Source: an uncultured Gammaproteobacteria bacterium
Lineage (GTDB): Bacteria; Patescibacteriota; Microgenomatia; Daviesbacterales; UBA10151
Length of the DNA: 64,000 nt
Direction: 5' to 3'
Assembly (NCBI GenBank): GCA_964394855.1
Contig: CAYMZD010000003.1
Location: 22,607-86,606, forward strand
Shown here: positions 55,415-64,000 of the stretch, piece by piece
Numbering within the stretch: the first letter of the stretch is position 1
Layout of the letters: each line of letters starts with the position of its first letter
Made by a program: the position numbers and the translations under genes
The notes under the pieces: model-generated
The model's database searches: none
Seen by the model: the letters and a program-made list of their open reading frames with translations, nothing else
Told to the model about the DNA's origin: nothing

Positions 55415-57964
55415 TTAATCTTTATCTATTGACTGATTTAAAATTATTTTGTCCATAATTACTTCCATAGGAATATTGGGGAATCGAACCACCAGTCCTT
55501 TTAGTATAGTTCCGCCCACAGGCAATTTAAAGTTATAGGTATGAAAATTACCGTCCATCATAATCGGAGTTTGTATTTTTATATCTTCTTGTCTGGATAA
55601 ATATTTATCAGACAAAGGATAAATCGATAAATTTAAATAATTTTGAACTCCATTTTGTAATTCTGCTGCCTCATGTTCATTTTTTATCTCTGCAAATGGA
55701 TGCTCTATAATAAAATCCGCCAAATCAGAATCTATTTGACTAGAGTTTTTAAGAATTTCCAATTCTTGAATACCCGGAAAATCATCTTTTGGGGTCTCTA
55801 AAATAACTATTTTAAAAAATCTGGCATTTACTGGAGGAAAAACATCCTTGATTTGGCCATTGATGACACTATCCCTTTTTGCTTTATAAATTGTTCTCCA
55901 CTCATCAGTCTCATCCTTTTTAATTTGATACTCATATATACTAGGTATACGCGGTTCATATGAGAAAAGTCGTACTTCTGAAAAAGTATAATCCTCCCCA
56001 AAATTAACTACAATAAAGGGCTTTTTACCCTTTACCCATTCAACTTTATTTGCCTCCCACCTAGTATTGGGATTACCATCAACAATATACTTAGCCACAT
56101 TTTTTGCTTCATTGTCGCTGGAAAATACTTGAGCAACCTGTCTAAAATAACTTCTTTCCCCAAGATAAGTGACCAAAGCCTCCCGATAGTTAGGATCATG
56201 AATTATGCTAAAATCTATTTTTTGAGGCCTTTTTGTAATAGAACTGTCAACATAAGGATACTTTTTAATTTGATTTACCAGACTACTGGCTTTCATGACA
56301 ATTTGTAAATTCACAGGTTGATATGATGGAAAATAAGTATCAAATTTAACTAATCCATTAATACTTCTGCTACCCTTGTCATTACTGACTATCATAGATC
56401 TATACACAACTTGGTTATTATTTATTTCTATCCCAGGACCATCAATATAATTTTCAAACAGTTTAGCGCTCTTTAAGTCTATCTTTTCACCCTGCGGACG
56501 GATTTGAGAATTTAATTTATCAATATTAATTAATTGATGCTTGCTGTTATAGAAAAAGTGATAAGCTTTTGTAAAATCATTACTCTTTTTATCTTTAATT
56601 AACTCCTCGTAAGTATCGACAATTTTGATATTATCGATTTTGACTTTATAAAAACTGGCCAGTGAGCTTTCAGTGGAATATACACCGGTTCTTAATATAT
56701 CCCAAAATAAATTTTGCACAACTGGATCAGCAACCGTATCAAAAAGAAATAAAGTTTTACCCTCAAGTGAAGGCACTTCTTTTTTAAGATCGGCAAAGAA
56801 AATCTTTGTAGCTACACTTCTTTTTATCAGTTCTCCTTTAATCTGTGAACCAGCCATGAGATGGATGTAGATGAGTGCTACTGCCAATATAAACCCCATT
56901 ACTTTTAAAAGAATTCTTTTGTTGGAAAAAAATAGGATTTTTAAATAAATTGCTAAAATTACAGCAAAAAAGGGAAGCCCGAAGAGAAGATATCTTTGGG
57001 TTGATGGATGAATGGTAGATGGATTAACTAAATAATAATTAATATACCCTGCAATCCAGAGCAGAACAAAAAAAACTATAACCTTTTTTAAACTAGGAGA
57101 AATTTTGATGAATAGAAAAAATGAAATGATTACTAAAATAAAAGCAGTAGCCAAGATAGCTGGATCAGTACTAGAAGAAAGGTCAGAGGGAATTAAAAAG
57201 TTACTCAAATTTATCACCAATGTACCCAGTGATGAAAAATTCAAATATGGAAGGTAATCTTTGATTTGGCTTGTGCCTAGGTTGCTTCTTTCAATGCCAA
57301 AAAAATCAAGAATATGCAAGATATAAATCAAGAAAGTTATCAAAAAATATGGGGAAAGTCGCAAAAACGAATTTCTAAAAATTTTAAGATTTAGACTAAA
57401 TTTGCTGGAAAAATATAAATCTGAAAAAAATAGTAGAGGGAAAAGGCTGTGAGCTCTTTGGGTAAAAAGAAGGGTTAGCGCACCATAAAAAATAATTATG
57501 GAAAAAAATAAAAAAAATGATTTCTTTTGTAGGTAAGTCTGATAAAGTAACAGGAGTAAAATTACACCAATCATATAGATGAGGCTGGAGACTGAAACAG
57601 AAGACATAAACATTATTTCTGCTCCAACATATCCCGAGGCCAGTATCAAACCCGAAAGATAAGCTATTAAATAATCTTTCGTAACTCTGAAAACAAAAAA
57701 GTAAACTACCAAGCAAAGCAGAATATACAAAATTATTGATGCTCCAAAGTAGACAGTAGGATTTTCCTTAAAAAATAAATATATTGGATAATAGCTTAAA
57801 GACCAACCCTGATAAGGAAAATGGAAAAGACCTCCTTGTTGTAAACGATAAAGCAGTACATAATCATCTCTCCAAAAATATAGATTCCCAACGAAACCAT
57901 ATGTCAAAAAAACTATTACTGAATACGATAATACTATCAAAAAAAGAAAAGATTTTTTCCACAT
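55415..57964 (-). CDS. GT-C-like membrane protein with a C-terminal discoidin (F5/8 type C) domain
   Basis: FWRDDY loop and RY motif in the TM domain; AKYIVDGNPNTRW...ARFFKI...IQELEI at the C terminus. Start probably ATG 57964. Confidence 0.72.
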   Translation of the reverse strand: MWKKSFLFLIVLSYSVIVFLTYGFVGNLYFWRDDYVLLYRLQQGGLFHFPYQGWSLSYYPIYLFFKENPTVYFGASIILYILLCLVVYFFVFRVTKDYLIAYLSGLILASGYVGAEIMFMSSVSVSSLIYMIGVILLLLLYQTYLQKKSFFLFFSIIIFYGALTLLFTQRAHSLFPLLFFSDLYFSSKFSLNLKIFRNSFLRLSPYFLITFLIYILHILDFFGIERSNLGTSQIKDYLPYLNFSSLGTLVINLSNFLIPSDLSSSTDPAILATAFILVIISFFLFIKISPSLKKVIVFFVLLWIAGYINYYLVNPSTIHPSTQRYLLFGLPFFAVILAIYLKILFFSNKRILLKVMGFILAVALIYIHLMAGSQIKGELIKRSVATKIFFADLKKEVPSLEGKTLFLFDTVADPVVQNLFWDILRTGVYSTESSLASFYKVKIDNIKIVDTYEELIKDKKSNDFTKAYHFFYNSKHQLINIDKLNSQIRPQGEKIDLKSAKLFENYIDGPGIEINNNQVVYRSMIVSNDKGSRSINGLVKFDTYFPSYQPVNLQIVMKASSLVNQIKKYPYVDSSITKRPQKIDFSIIHDPNYREALVTYLGERSYFRQVAQVFSSDNEAKNVAKYIVDGNPNTRWEANKVEWVKGKKPFIVVNFGEDYTFSEVRLFSYEPRIPSIYEYQIKKDETDEWRTIYKAKRDSVINGQIKDVFPPVNARFFKIVILETPKDDFPGIQELEILKNSSQIDSDLADFIIEHPFAEIKNEHEAAELQNGVQNYLNLSIYPLSDKYLSRQEDIKIQTPIMMDGNFHTYNFKLPVGGTILKGLVVRFPNIPMEVIMDKIILNQSIDKD

Positions 57965-58008
57965 ATCATCTGCCCATAATATAATCGATATGATATACTC
58001 ATTCAAGA

Positions 58009-60033
58009 GTGAAGAACTTTTTTATTAATCCGCCAATAATTACTATAACTCTAGTTTATATTCTTTTAATTCTCCTGATGTTGCCGCTTCGGAATGTAGC
58101 ATATTTGGATGATTTCGCCTATATCAAAAATGTCGAAGAGTTTATTGAAACCGGTAATTTAAGGATAACTGATTGGGCTTCCACCAGCTTAGTTTTCCCT
58201 ATTTTATGGGGCGCTTTATTTGCCAAACTTTTTGGCTTTTCCATCAAGATATTGCATGTATCCAATTTGGTCTTATTCTATTTTGGCCTGATGGCATTTT
58301 ATGGTATATTAAGGCAGTTTAATCTTGATAAATTTAAATCTGTCGTCTTTACCCTATTTCTTTTAAGCTACCCTTGGGTTTTCCAATATCTTTTTTCATT
58401 TAACTCTGATACTTTTTATGTCTCTTTAATAAACTTCACGATTTATTTTTATCTTAAGGGTTTGAGTACCAATAAATTGTTTTATTATTTTTTGGGATCT
58501 TTATTCGCAGGATTTTCTTTTTTAACCAGGCAATTGGCTATTACATTTCCCATTGCCATCGGTATAACTTTATTTTTAAAATTTAAAATTGATAAAAAGG
58601 TTGACTGGTCGGCCTTAGCGGTATCCTTATTGCCCATAGTTTTAATTATCATCGGTTATTATAAATGGATCTCCATAGCGGGAGCTTCTGCAGCCGGTTA
58701 TATTTTTTTTAATGAATACACCAAAAGGGCAATAATAGATAGACTGATTCCTCCAAATTTGCAAAGATTTGGTGACACCAGCAGACTTTATTGGGATTTA
58801 TTTTTGCAAAGGCCGTCTATATATTTCGTGTCCATTAATAACCACATACTCCCATTTTTCCTTTTATTTGCGCTTCAAATAACTAAATTTAGAAAATTTA
58901 TAGTATCAAATTTTAAGTCCTTAGCAACAACATCTTTAATTTTTTCTTTTTATGTTTTTTTAGTGTGGACTGTCTGGCAAGATAAAATTCTCTACCGGAT
59001 CCCCCAAACAATTTTTAGTATGGATAAAATGATTGATAACTGGCAATTTATTTGGCCTAGACTTTTCTTTTTAGGTATTCCTTTTTGGATTGGTATTTTT
59101 TTATTAACCTTTAATAAAATTAGGAAATTATTTTTTATTTTAAAACGGCCGTTAATTTCAGGAAGAGTATTTTTTTCTATATTTGCCCTTTTTTCTTTTT
59201 TTCTTTTTTATAAAGCCTTTGAAGATATTTTTTCCACTAATTTAAGACCTCAATTATATACTGATTCATTGCTTCGCTCCAGTGCTTTTTTGAGAACTAT
59301 TTATGTATTATTAAACCCTACCATTATCATCGAGACGTTTAAAGAAATTTGGATAATTTTACTAATTCTGTTTTTGATTTTCATATTTTTTTATGTAACC
59401 ATTATTAAAAATAAGCTAAGAATAAAGAATCTAAATTTACCCATTTTATTGATAACCTTGTTATTTTTAGGACACTTTTCCATCACCAATTTTTTAGCCC
59501 ATTCCCATTGGGAAGAATATACCATTGCTTTTGTACCATTTATAATTTTAATATTGGCACTGATATTAAAAAATATTCCCCTATCTAAAATTAGGGCTGT
59601 TATTTTAATTTTTCTCTTACTGTTTTTTTCTTTACAAATTACCAGAAATCGCTATCAGGAAAATGGCGCTACTTGGGAACTGGGAACTCAAATGGTGAGA
59701 TCTGGGATAGATCCAAAACGGGTGGTAGTTTTTAATATGTCATGGCGTCGCTACTGGCTCTGGCAAGATGCTTTTAATAAGATGGTTAACCAAAAATACA
59801 GCGGGGATAAATATAAAGTCAGGCCGGCAGAGTTTAACCCAGTTGATGAAAAATTACTGGAAGGAGTTTTTTACCAAACAAGGACTATTAATACCAGTGA
59901 AGATATCTCTCGTGGCTATGATGATAAATCTGTTATTCTTCAATCAGAACCTACTTGGCTTTTTGCAGGTAAAAGTTTTATTGTCTGGAAAAAATTTATT
60001 GTCACCAAGGAGTTTCACAAAGCAGGGACTTAA
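58009..60033 (+). CDS. GT-C membrane glycosyltransferase
   Basis: YLDDFAY, FNSDTF, TRQ; many TM segments. Confidence 0.75.
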   Translation: MKNFFINPPIITITLVYILLILLMLPLRNVAYLDDFAYIKNVEEFIETGNLRITDWASTSLVFPILWGALFAKLFGFSIKILHVSNLVLFYFGLMAFYGILRQFNLDKFKSVVFTLFLLSYPWVFQYLFSFNSDTFYVSLINFTIYFYLKGLSTNKLFYYFLGSLFAGFSFLTRQLAITFPIAIGITLFLKFKIDKKVDWSALAVSLLPIVLIIIGYYKWISIAGASAAGYIFFNEYTKRAIIDRLIPPNLQRFGDTSRLYWDLFLQRPSIYFVSINNHILPFFLLFALQITKFRKFIVSNFKSLATTSLIFSFYVFLVWTVWQDKILYRIPQTIFSMDKMIDNWQFIWPRLFFLGIPFWIGIFLLTFNKIRKLFFILKRPLISGRVFFSIFALFSFFLFYKAFEDIFSTNLRPQLYTDSLLRSSAFLRTIYVLLNPTIIIETFKEIWIILLILFLIFIFFYVTIIKNKLRIKNLNLPILLITLLFLGHFSITNFLAHSHWEEYTIAFVPFIILILALILKNIPLSKIRAVILIFLLLFFSLQITRNRYQENGATWELGTQMVRSGIDPKRVVVFNMSWRRYWLWQDAFNKMVNQKYSGDKYKVRPAEFNPVDEKLLEGVFYQTRTINTSEDISRGYDDKSVILQSEPTWLFAGKSFIVWKKFIVTKEFHKAGT

Positions 60034-60039
60034 ATAGAA

Positions 60040-60675
60040 ATGAAAACCATACTTTTAACAGGAGCAACTGGTTTTATCGGTTCATATCTTTTGCCAGAGC
60101 TGGTCAAAGATTTTAAAGTTAAATGCTTGATAAGGCAGGATTTAAAATTTACACATCCTAATGTAATTTTAATTAAAGGAAACCTTCGTTCAGAAAAAGC
60201 CATCAGAGACTCCACCAGGGGAGTATCAGCTATTATTCATCTGGCAGCCCAAAAATATAATATTAAAGACGCCGCCAAGATAAGAAAAGTTAATGTCGGA
60301 GGAACTATTAACTTGTTAAAAAATGTAAGTGGCGCTCATTTTATATATGGCAGTACCTGGCTTGCGGCATATCCACAAAAAACAGGACTTTATGGTCTAA
60401 CTAAAAAAAGGGCCGAGGAGGCTATTAAAAAAAGCGGTGCAGATTATACTATTTTACGATTACCGCACATTTTTAGCCATAAAAAATCTCATCAGATTTT
60501 TATCAGATACATATTACCTGTTTATTTAAGATTAAGGTACGGCGTTAAACCTATCTATCAGCCGATTGAAATAACCAAGGTGTGTAAAGCTATCAAAAGA
60601 ATCATTAACAATAAAAAATTTTATAGAAAATCTTTTTATGTAGTTGATGAAAAAACCCTACAACCTGTCATTTAG
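60040..60675 (+). CDS. NAD-dependent epimerase/dehydratase (short SDR)
   Basis: TGATGFIG, IHLAA, YGLTK (YxxxK), TILR. Confidence 0.85.
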   Translation: MKTILLTGATGFIGSYLLPELVKDFKVKCLIRQDLKFTHPNVILIKGNLRSEKAIRDSTRGVSAIIHLAAQKYNIKDAAKIRKVNVGGTINLLKNVSGAHFIYGSTWLAAYPQKTGLYGLTKKRAEEAIKKSGADYTILRLPHIFSHKKSHQIFIRYILPVYLRLRYGVKPIYQPIEITKVCKAIKRIINNKKFYRKSFYVVDEKTLQPVI

Positions 60676-61456
60676 TACATTTGTAGGCCATCATATAGCC
60701 TAACCCGGATATAAATTTAGAACTTGTTTCTACTTTATAAAAAAGATTAAGCAAAATTTTAACTAATTTCGTACCCATCTTAATTTTTTTAAGGTGGCAA
60801 AGATAATCCAGCGCCCTTAGGGGACTGGGGAAAATCAAATAACCCTCTTTGTCTTCAATTTTAAAACCTGCTTTCTCCAACAAATTTTTAAACTCCCCTC
60901 TTTTATATTGAATTTCATAGCCATAATTATAAATGCCCAATTTTTGCAAAAAACCAATAAATAGAAATCTCCCCCATAAGTCATACTTAACTGGTATTGA
61001 AATCATGGCTACTCCATCGGGTTTTAAAATTCTCCTCATCTCCCGCAAAGCTTTACTGGTATCGGGAAAGTGTTCTACCGTACCAATGGAAACAATAAAA
61101 TCAAAACTACTATTGGGAAAGGGGATCTTTCTCACATCTCCATATTTTGCCCTGACATATTTTGCCTCCTTCTTAACAGCTTTTAATACTTTTAATGAAA
61201 TATCTATACCAAAACATTTGGCCCCCTTTTTATGAGCCCATAATAACAATTTTGTATTTTTAACTTCATCCCAAAGGTCTGATTTAAAAAGCAATTTGCC
61301 CTTAAAGTCACCGAACCAATTGGAAATAATTTGTTTTTCTCTTTTGGAGAAATAAATGGTAGTCGGTATTTGGGCCATTTCTTTTGTTTCATCAAAGACT
61401 TGATCCCAAAATTTTTGTAAGTTGTTAGTCGACCATTGGTCCGGTGAAAGTCTCAT
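60668..61456 (-). CDS. Class I SAM-dependent methyltransferase
   Basis: GIDIS, DVRKIPF..SFD, GTVEHF, RILKPDG; motif I is atypical (LFKSDLWDE). Confidence 0.85.
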   Translation of the reverse strand: MRLSPDQWSTNNLQKFWDQVFDETKEMAQIPTTIYFSKREKQIISNWFGDFKGKLLFKSDLWDEVKNTKLLLWAHKKGAKCFGIDISLKVLKAVKKEAKYVRAKYGDVRKIPFPNSSFDFIVSIGTVEHFPDTSKALREMRRILKPDGVAMISIPVKYDLWGRFLFIGFLQKLGIYNYGYEIQYKRGEFKNLLEKAGFKIEDKEGYLIFPSPLRALDYLCHLKKIKMGTKLVKILLNLFYKVETSSKFISGLGYMMAYKCTK

Positions 61457-62690
61457 AACTGTCAGGCCTCCTTATTAACTGCAGCTTTCCCTTCTCTATC
61501 ATATATATTGGCGGTCGCATAGTGGTAAATTGGCTGGAGCGGGACATAGTGTATGCACCACAATCTTTAATAACTATCAAGTCCCCCTCTATCACTTTAG
61601 GTAATGTTTTGGATCTGGCAAAAAAATCAGGGGTTAATAAACTACTACCTGCTATATGATATTTTTTAATTTTTCCCGTCTTACCAACAACAAATAAATC
61701 TCTTTCGGTAAAGAAAACGTTTTCCGGAATAAAAGTAATGCTGGCATCAACAAAAACCCAGTTACCCTTGACGGCAATCACTTTACAAATCACCACTCCA
61801 GCATTACTAACAATAGAGCGTCCCGGTTCAAAAATTATTCTTAAACCTTTTAAATTATATTTATCAATTCCCTCCTTTACACTCCGGGAAATCCTCTCGC
61901 CAAAATGTTCAATCTCTGCAACTTTTGGTTTAAATTCCAGTCCTGCGAAATTTTTTAAAATGGCCTGGATGGGGGAATATCTAAGAAGCGAGGGTGAAGG
62001 GATGCCTCCTCCTAAATCAATATATTCAATGTTAATATTTTCTTTCTTTAAATTAAAAGCCAATTTCATCAAAGCATCAACGGTTTTTAAGAAAGGCTGA
62101 GCCGATAAAACTTGGGATCCAATATGAGCATGTAAACCAATAAAGTTAATGTGCTGCAATTTTGATAGCTTTTTTATTTCCTCTAAAGAATCTTCCAATG
62201 GTATACCGAATTTTGATAAATAAAATTCCACTGTTTTGGCCAAATTGCCGCTGACATTAGGATTAATTCTCAAACCTACATTAATTTTCCTTTTCAAGTT
62301 TTTACCAATTTCATTGGCTCTTTGAAGATCTGCCGGCGAATCTCCATTATATGAATAAATACCTTGCCCGAAGGCTTGAGATAGATCATCCATGCTTTTT
62401 CCTGGTCCATCCATAATAAGCCAACTCTGTTTAAAACCTGCTTTTTGACAAAGATAGAGCTCCATACCTGATGAGATTTGGGCGCTTGAACCCAGAGCTT
62501 GTAATATTTTTAAGACTTGCAGTTCATTATTGGTTTTAACGGAAAAGAAAATTTCAACGGGATAATATTTAGAAAAAGCTTTTTTAAATCTTTGGTAATT
62601 TGATTTTATTAGATTAGCATCAAAAACAAAAACCGGGGTACCTGTTTTTTTAGCTATGTTTCTTATTGGTATCCTCGCAAAATTTTTCAT
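61425..62690 (-). CDS. PLP-dependent decarboxylase, LysA/Orn-DAP-Arg family (non-canonical)
   Basis: GTP, SVKTN (PLP Lys), GLRINP, SKFG, HAHIGSQ, DLGGG, EPGR, GAY. Confidence 0.88.
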   Translation of the reverse strand: MKNFARIPIRNIAKKTGTPVFVFDANLIKSNYQRFKKAFSKYYPVEIFFSVKTNNELQVLKILQALGSSAQISSGMELYLCQKAGFKQSWLIMDGPGKSMDDLSQAFGQGIYSYNGDSPADLQRANEIGKNLKRKINVGLRINPNVSGNLAKTVEFYLSKFGIPLEDSLEEIKKLSKLQHINFIGLHAHIGSQVLSAQPFLKTVDALMKLAFNLKKENINIEYIDLGGGIPSPSLLRYSPIQAILKNFAGLEFKPKVAEIEHFGERISRSVKEGIDKYNLKGLRIIFEPGRSIVSNAGVVICKVIAVKGNWVFVDASITFIPENVFFTERDLFVVGKTGKIKKYHIAGSSLLTPDFFARSKTLPKVIEGDLIVIKDCGAYTMSRSSQFTTMRPPIYMIEKGKLQLIRRPDSYETFTGPMVD

Positions 62691-62697
62691 TCTTACA

Positions 62698-62726
62698 AAG
62701 TTATCAACTATTTTTCAAAATGTCAA
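62698..62726 (-). promoter_or_regulatory. Promoter for the decarboxylase-methyltransferase pair
   Basis: TTGACA-17 bp-TAACTT (extended TGn), 7 nt before ATG 62690. Confidence 0.6.
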
Positions 62727-62727
62727 A

Positions 62728-63720
62728 CTATCGAGTTCGCCAGTTTTTAGGAAGTAAGGAACTGTCAATTTCCACTTTAGTAAACTTTGGCCTCTGATAA
62801 CCTAACTTTTTAGCATAGCCCCAAGTTTTCTTTATCCCATTAAGTAGTGTGGTTTTATCTTTATAACCCAAAATATTTTTCGCCAATGTGTGATCAGGAA
62901 TGGCATTTTGGACTTCTTGGGGTCTTTCATCCAAATAAATTGGCGGAATTTTTATTCCACTAACATCCTGTATGATCTCTGATAACTTATTAAGGGTATA
63001 ATCTTTATCTGCTCCAATATTAAATGTCATTCCGGAAACCTGCAAAAAACCACACTTGTGTAAAGCAGCAACCACATCATCGATATAAGAAAAGCATCGA
63101 CGCTGATTTCCATCTCCATAAATGTAATATGGTTTTTTCTCAAGGAGTGCATTCATGAAAATAGTGACTACGTTTCTGTAGGGATCTTGCATATTTTGTC
63201 TTGGACCATAAACATTATGAGGACGAGCGATGACATATTCAAAATGGTGGATTTTAGCTAGAATTGGCAGACTTTTTTCCATCATTAATTTACTAACACC
63301 ATATAAATCTTCCGGCTCTGGATCATCGATTTCTTTAAAAGGAGTTTGTATTGCCCCGTAAACAGCAATACTTGAGGTTACTACTATTTTCTTTAAACTA
63401 CATCTTAGCGCAGGCACTAAGGTATTAATGAAGGTATTCCAATTTCTGGAAGTAATATCAATGGGTGAAAATTGGGCTTTATTTTCAGCAGCACAAGCAG
63501 CCAGATGATAAATCAGCTCTGGCTTAATCTTCTCAATTAGCTTAGCGGTTTGCTGACTATTTCTTAAGTCACATTTGAAAAATTTAGCTTTTTTATTGAC
63601 ATGGGAAAGCTTGCCGCCGGAAAGGTCATCCAAACAAAAAACCTTATTCTTTTCTTGAATAAGTCTATCAACTAAATGAGAACCAATAAAACCAGCGCCA
63701 CCAGTTACTAAAACTTTCAT
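62728..63720 (-). CDS. NDP-sugar epimerase/dehydratase (extended SDR)
   Basis: TGGAGFIGSH, YHLAA, SSIAVYG, YGVSK, NVYGPRQ, GDG.Q.R.FSY.DD. Confidence 0.93.
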   Translation of the reverse strand: MKVLVTGGAGFIGSHLVDRLIQEKNKVFCLDDLSGGKLSHVNKKAKFFKCDLRNSQQTAKLIEKIKPELIYHLAACAAENKAQFSPIDITSRNWNTFINTLVPALRCSLKKIVVTSSIAVYGAIQTPFKEIDDPEPEDLYGVSKLMMEKSLPILAKIHHFEYVIARPHNVYGPRQNMQDPYRNVVTIFMNALLEKKPYYIYGDGNQRRCFSYIDDVVAALHKCGFLQVSGMTFNIGADKDYTLNKLSEIIQDVSGIKIPPIYLDERPQEVQNAIPDHTLAKNILGYKDKTTLLNGIKKTWGYAKKLGYQRPKFTKVEIDSSLLPKNWRTR

Positions 63721-64000
63721 TTAATGAACCTCTTTTTACTAAACAAGCTGGCTAATCGATAATAAAGAATTACCGATACCATTTTCCTGGCTGTTTTAAT
63801 ACCTCCGATTAAAGGTCCTGAAATTTTTGATTTGCCGGTCCTAGCTCCATATCTAACCGGCACTTCTTTGATGGTAAAACCGTGAAGGAGCGCCAAAATG
63901 CTCAGTTCTGGTTGAAAATGGACTCCACCCACTGTAAAAAGTGATTTTATTTTTTCATAAGCATGGCGGTTTATTAATCTAAATGTTGCTCCTGGATCTG
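63717..64000 (-). CDS. GT2 polyprenol-phosphate glycosyltransferase (DPM1-like), 5'-partial
   Basis: C-terminal GATFRLI...PEL...IKEVPVRY..R.GKSK; continues beyond the window end. Confidence 0.75.
   Translation of the reverse strand, partial: DPGATFRLINRHAYEKIKSLFTVGGVHFQPELSILALLHGFTIKEVPVRYGARTGKSKISGPLIGGIKTARKMVSVILYYRLASLFSKKRFIK

Noticed and set aside
51895-60675. Invertible, phase-variable segments explaining the strand flips
   Set aside because: No flanking inverted repeats were found by eye, and there is no recombinase in the window.
61425-62690. Plain lysA annotation
   Set aside because: The CE and RPxLY specificity motifs are missing and the context is glycan biosynthesis, so the symbol is withheld.

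Overview
The window is AT-rich, densely packed bacterial DNA, almost all on the minus strand. TGA is used as a stop, shown by many ATGA overlaps. Gene content and protein style (type-2 IleRS, alpha2-type GlyRS, DUF4012, N-terminally shortened MurE/MurF) suggest a Patescibacteria/CPR genome, probably Microgenomates-like; this is inference. It has four blocks. (1) 1-4290: a Wzm/Wzt ABC glycan exporter with GT2 genes, directly behind tRNA-Val(CAC). (2) 4359-10337: lepB, parB, rpmA, rplU, rodA and ileS. (3) 10373-27434: a dcw cluster from mraZ to ftsZ, with recO, glyQS and two hypothetical genes upstream. (4) 27443-64000: a >36 kb surface-glycosylation region with DUF4012, a priming phosphoglycosyltransferase, many GT2/GT4 enzymes, a WaaL/Wzy-like protein, Wzx, eight GT-C-like membrane proteins, three SAM methyltransferases, an acyltransferase, two SDR epimerases, an APH-like protein and a LysA-fold decarboxylase. 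The most notable observations are: MurF and MurB look like pseudo-enzymes and MraY has an altered HHH loop inside an otherwise intact dcw cluster; a non-canonical LysA-fold decarboxylase overlaps a methyltransferase inside the glycan locus; IleRS has GVHH/EMHGS signature motifs; -10 boxes sit 6-9 nt before many start codons (leaderless transcription); and ftsZ has a duplicated initiation region forming a uORF plus hairpin leader. No CRISPR array, rRNA, transposase or prophage was seen. All calls are by eye, without database searches.
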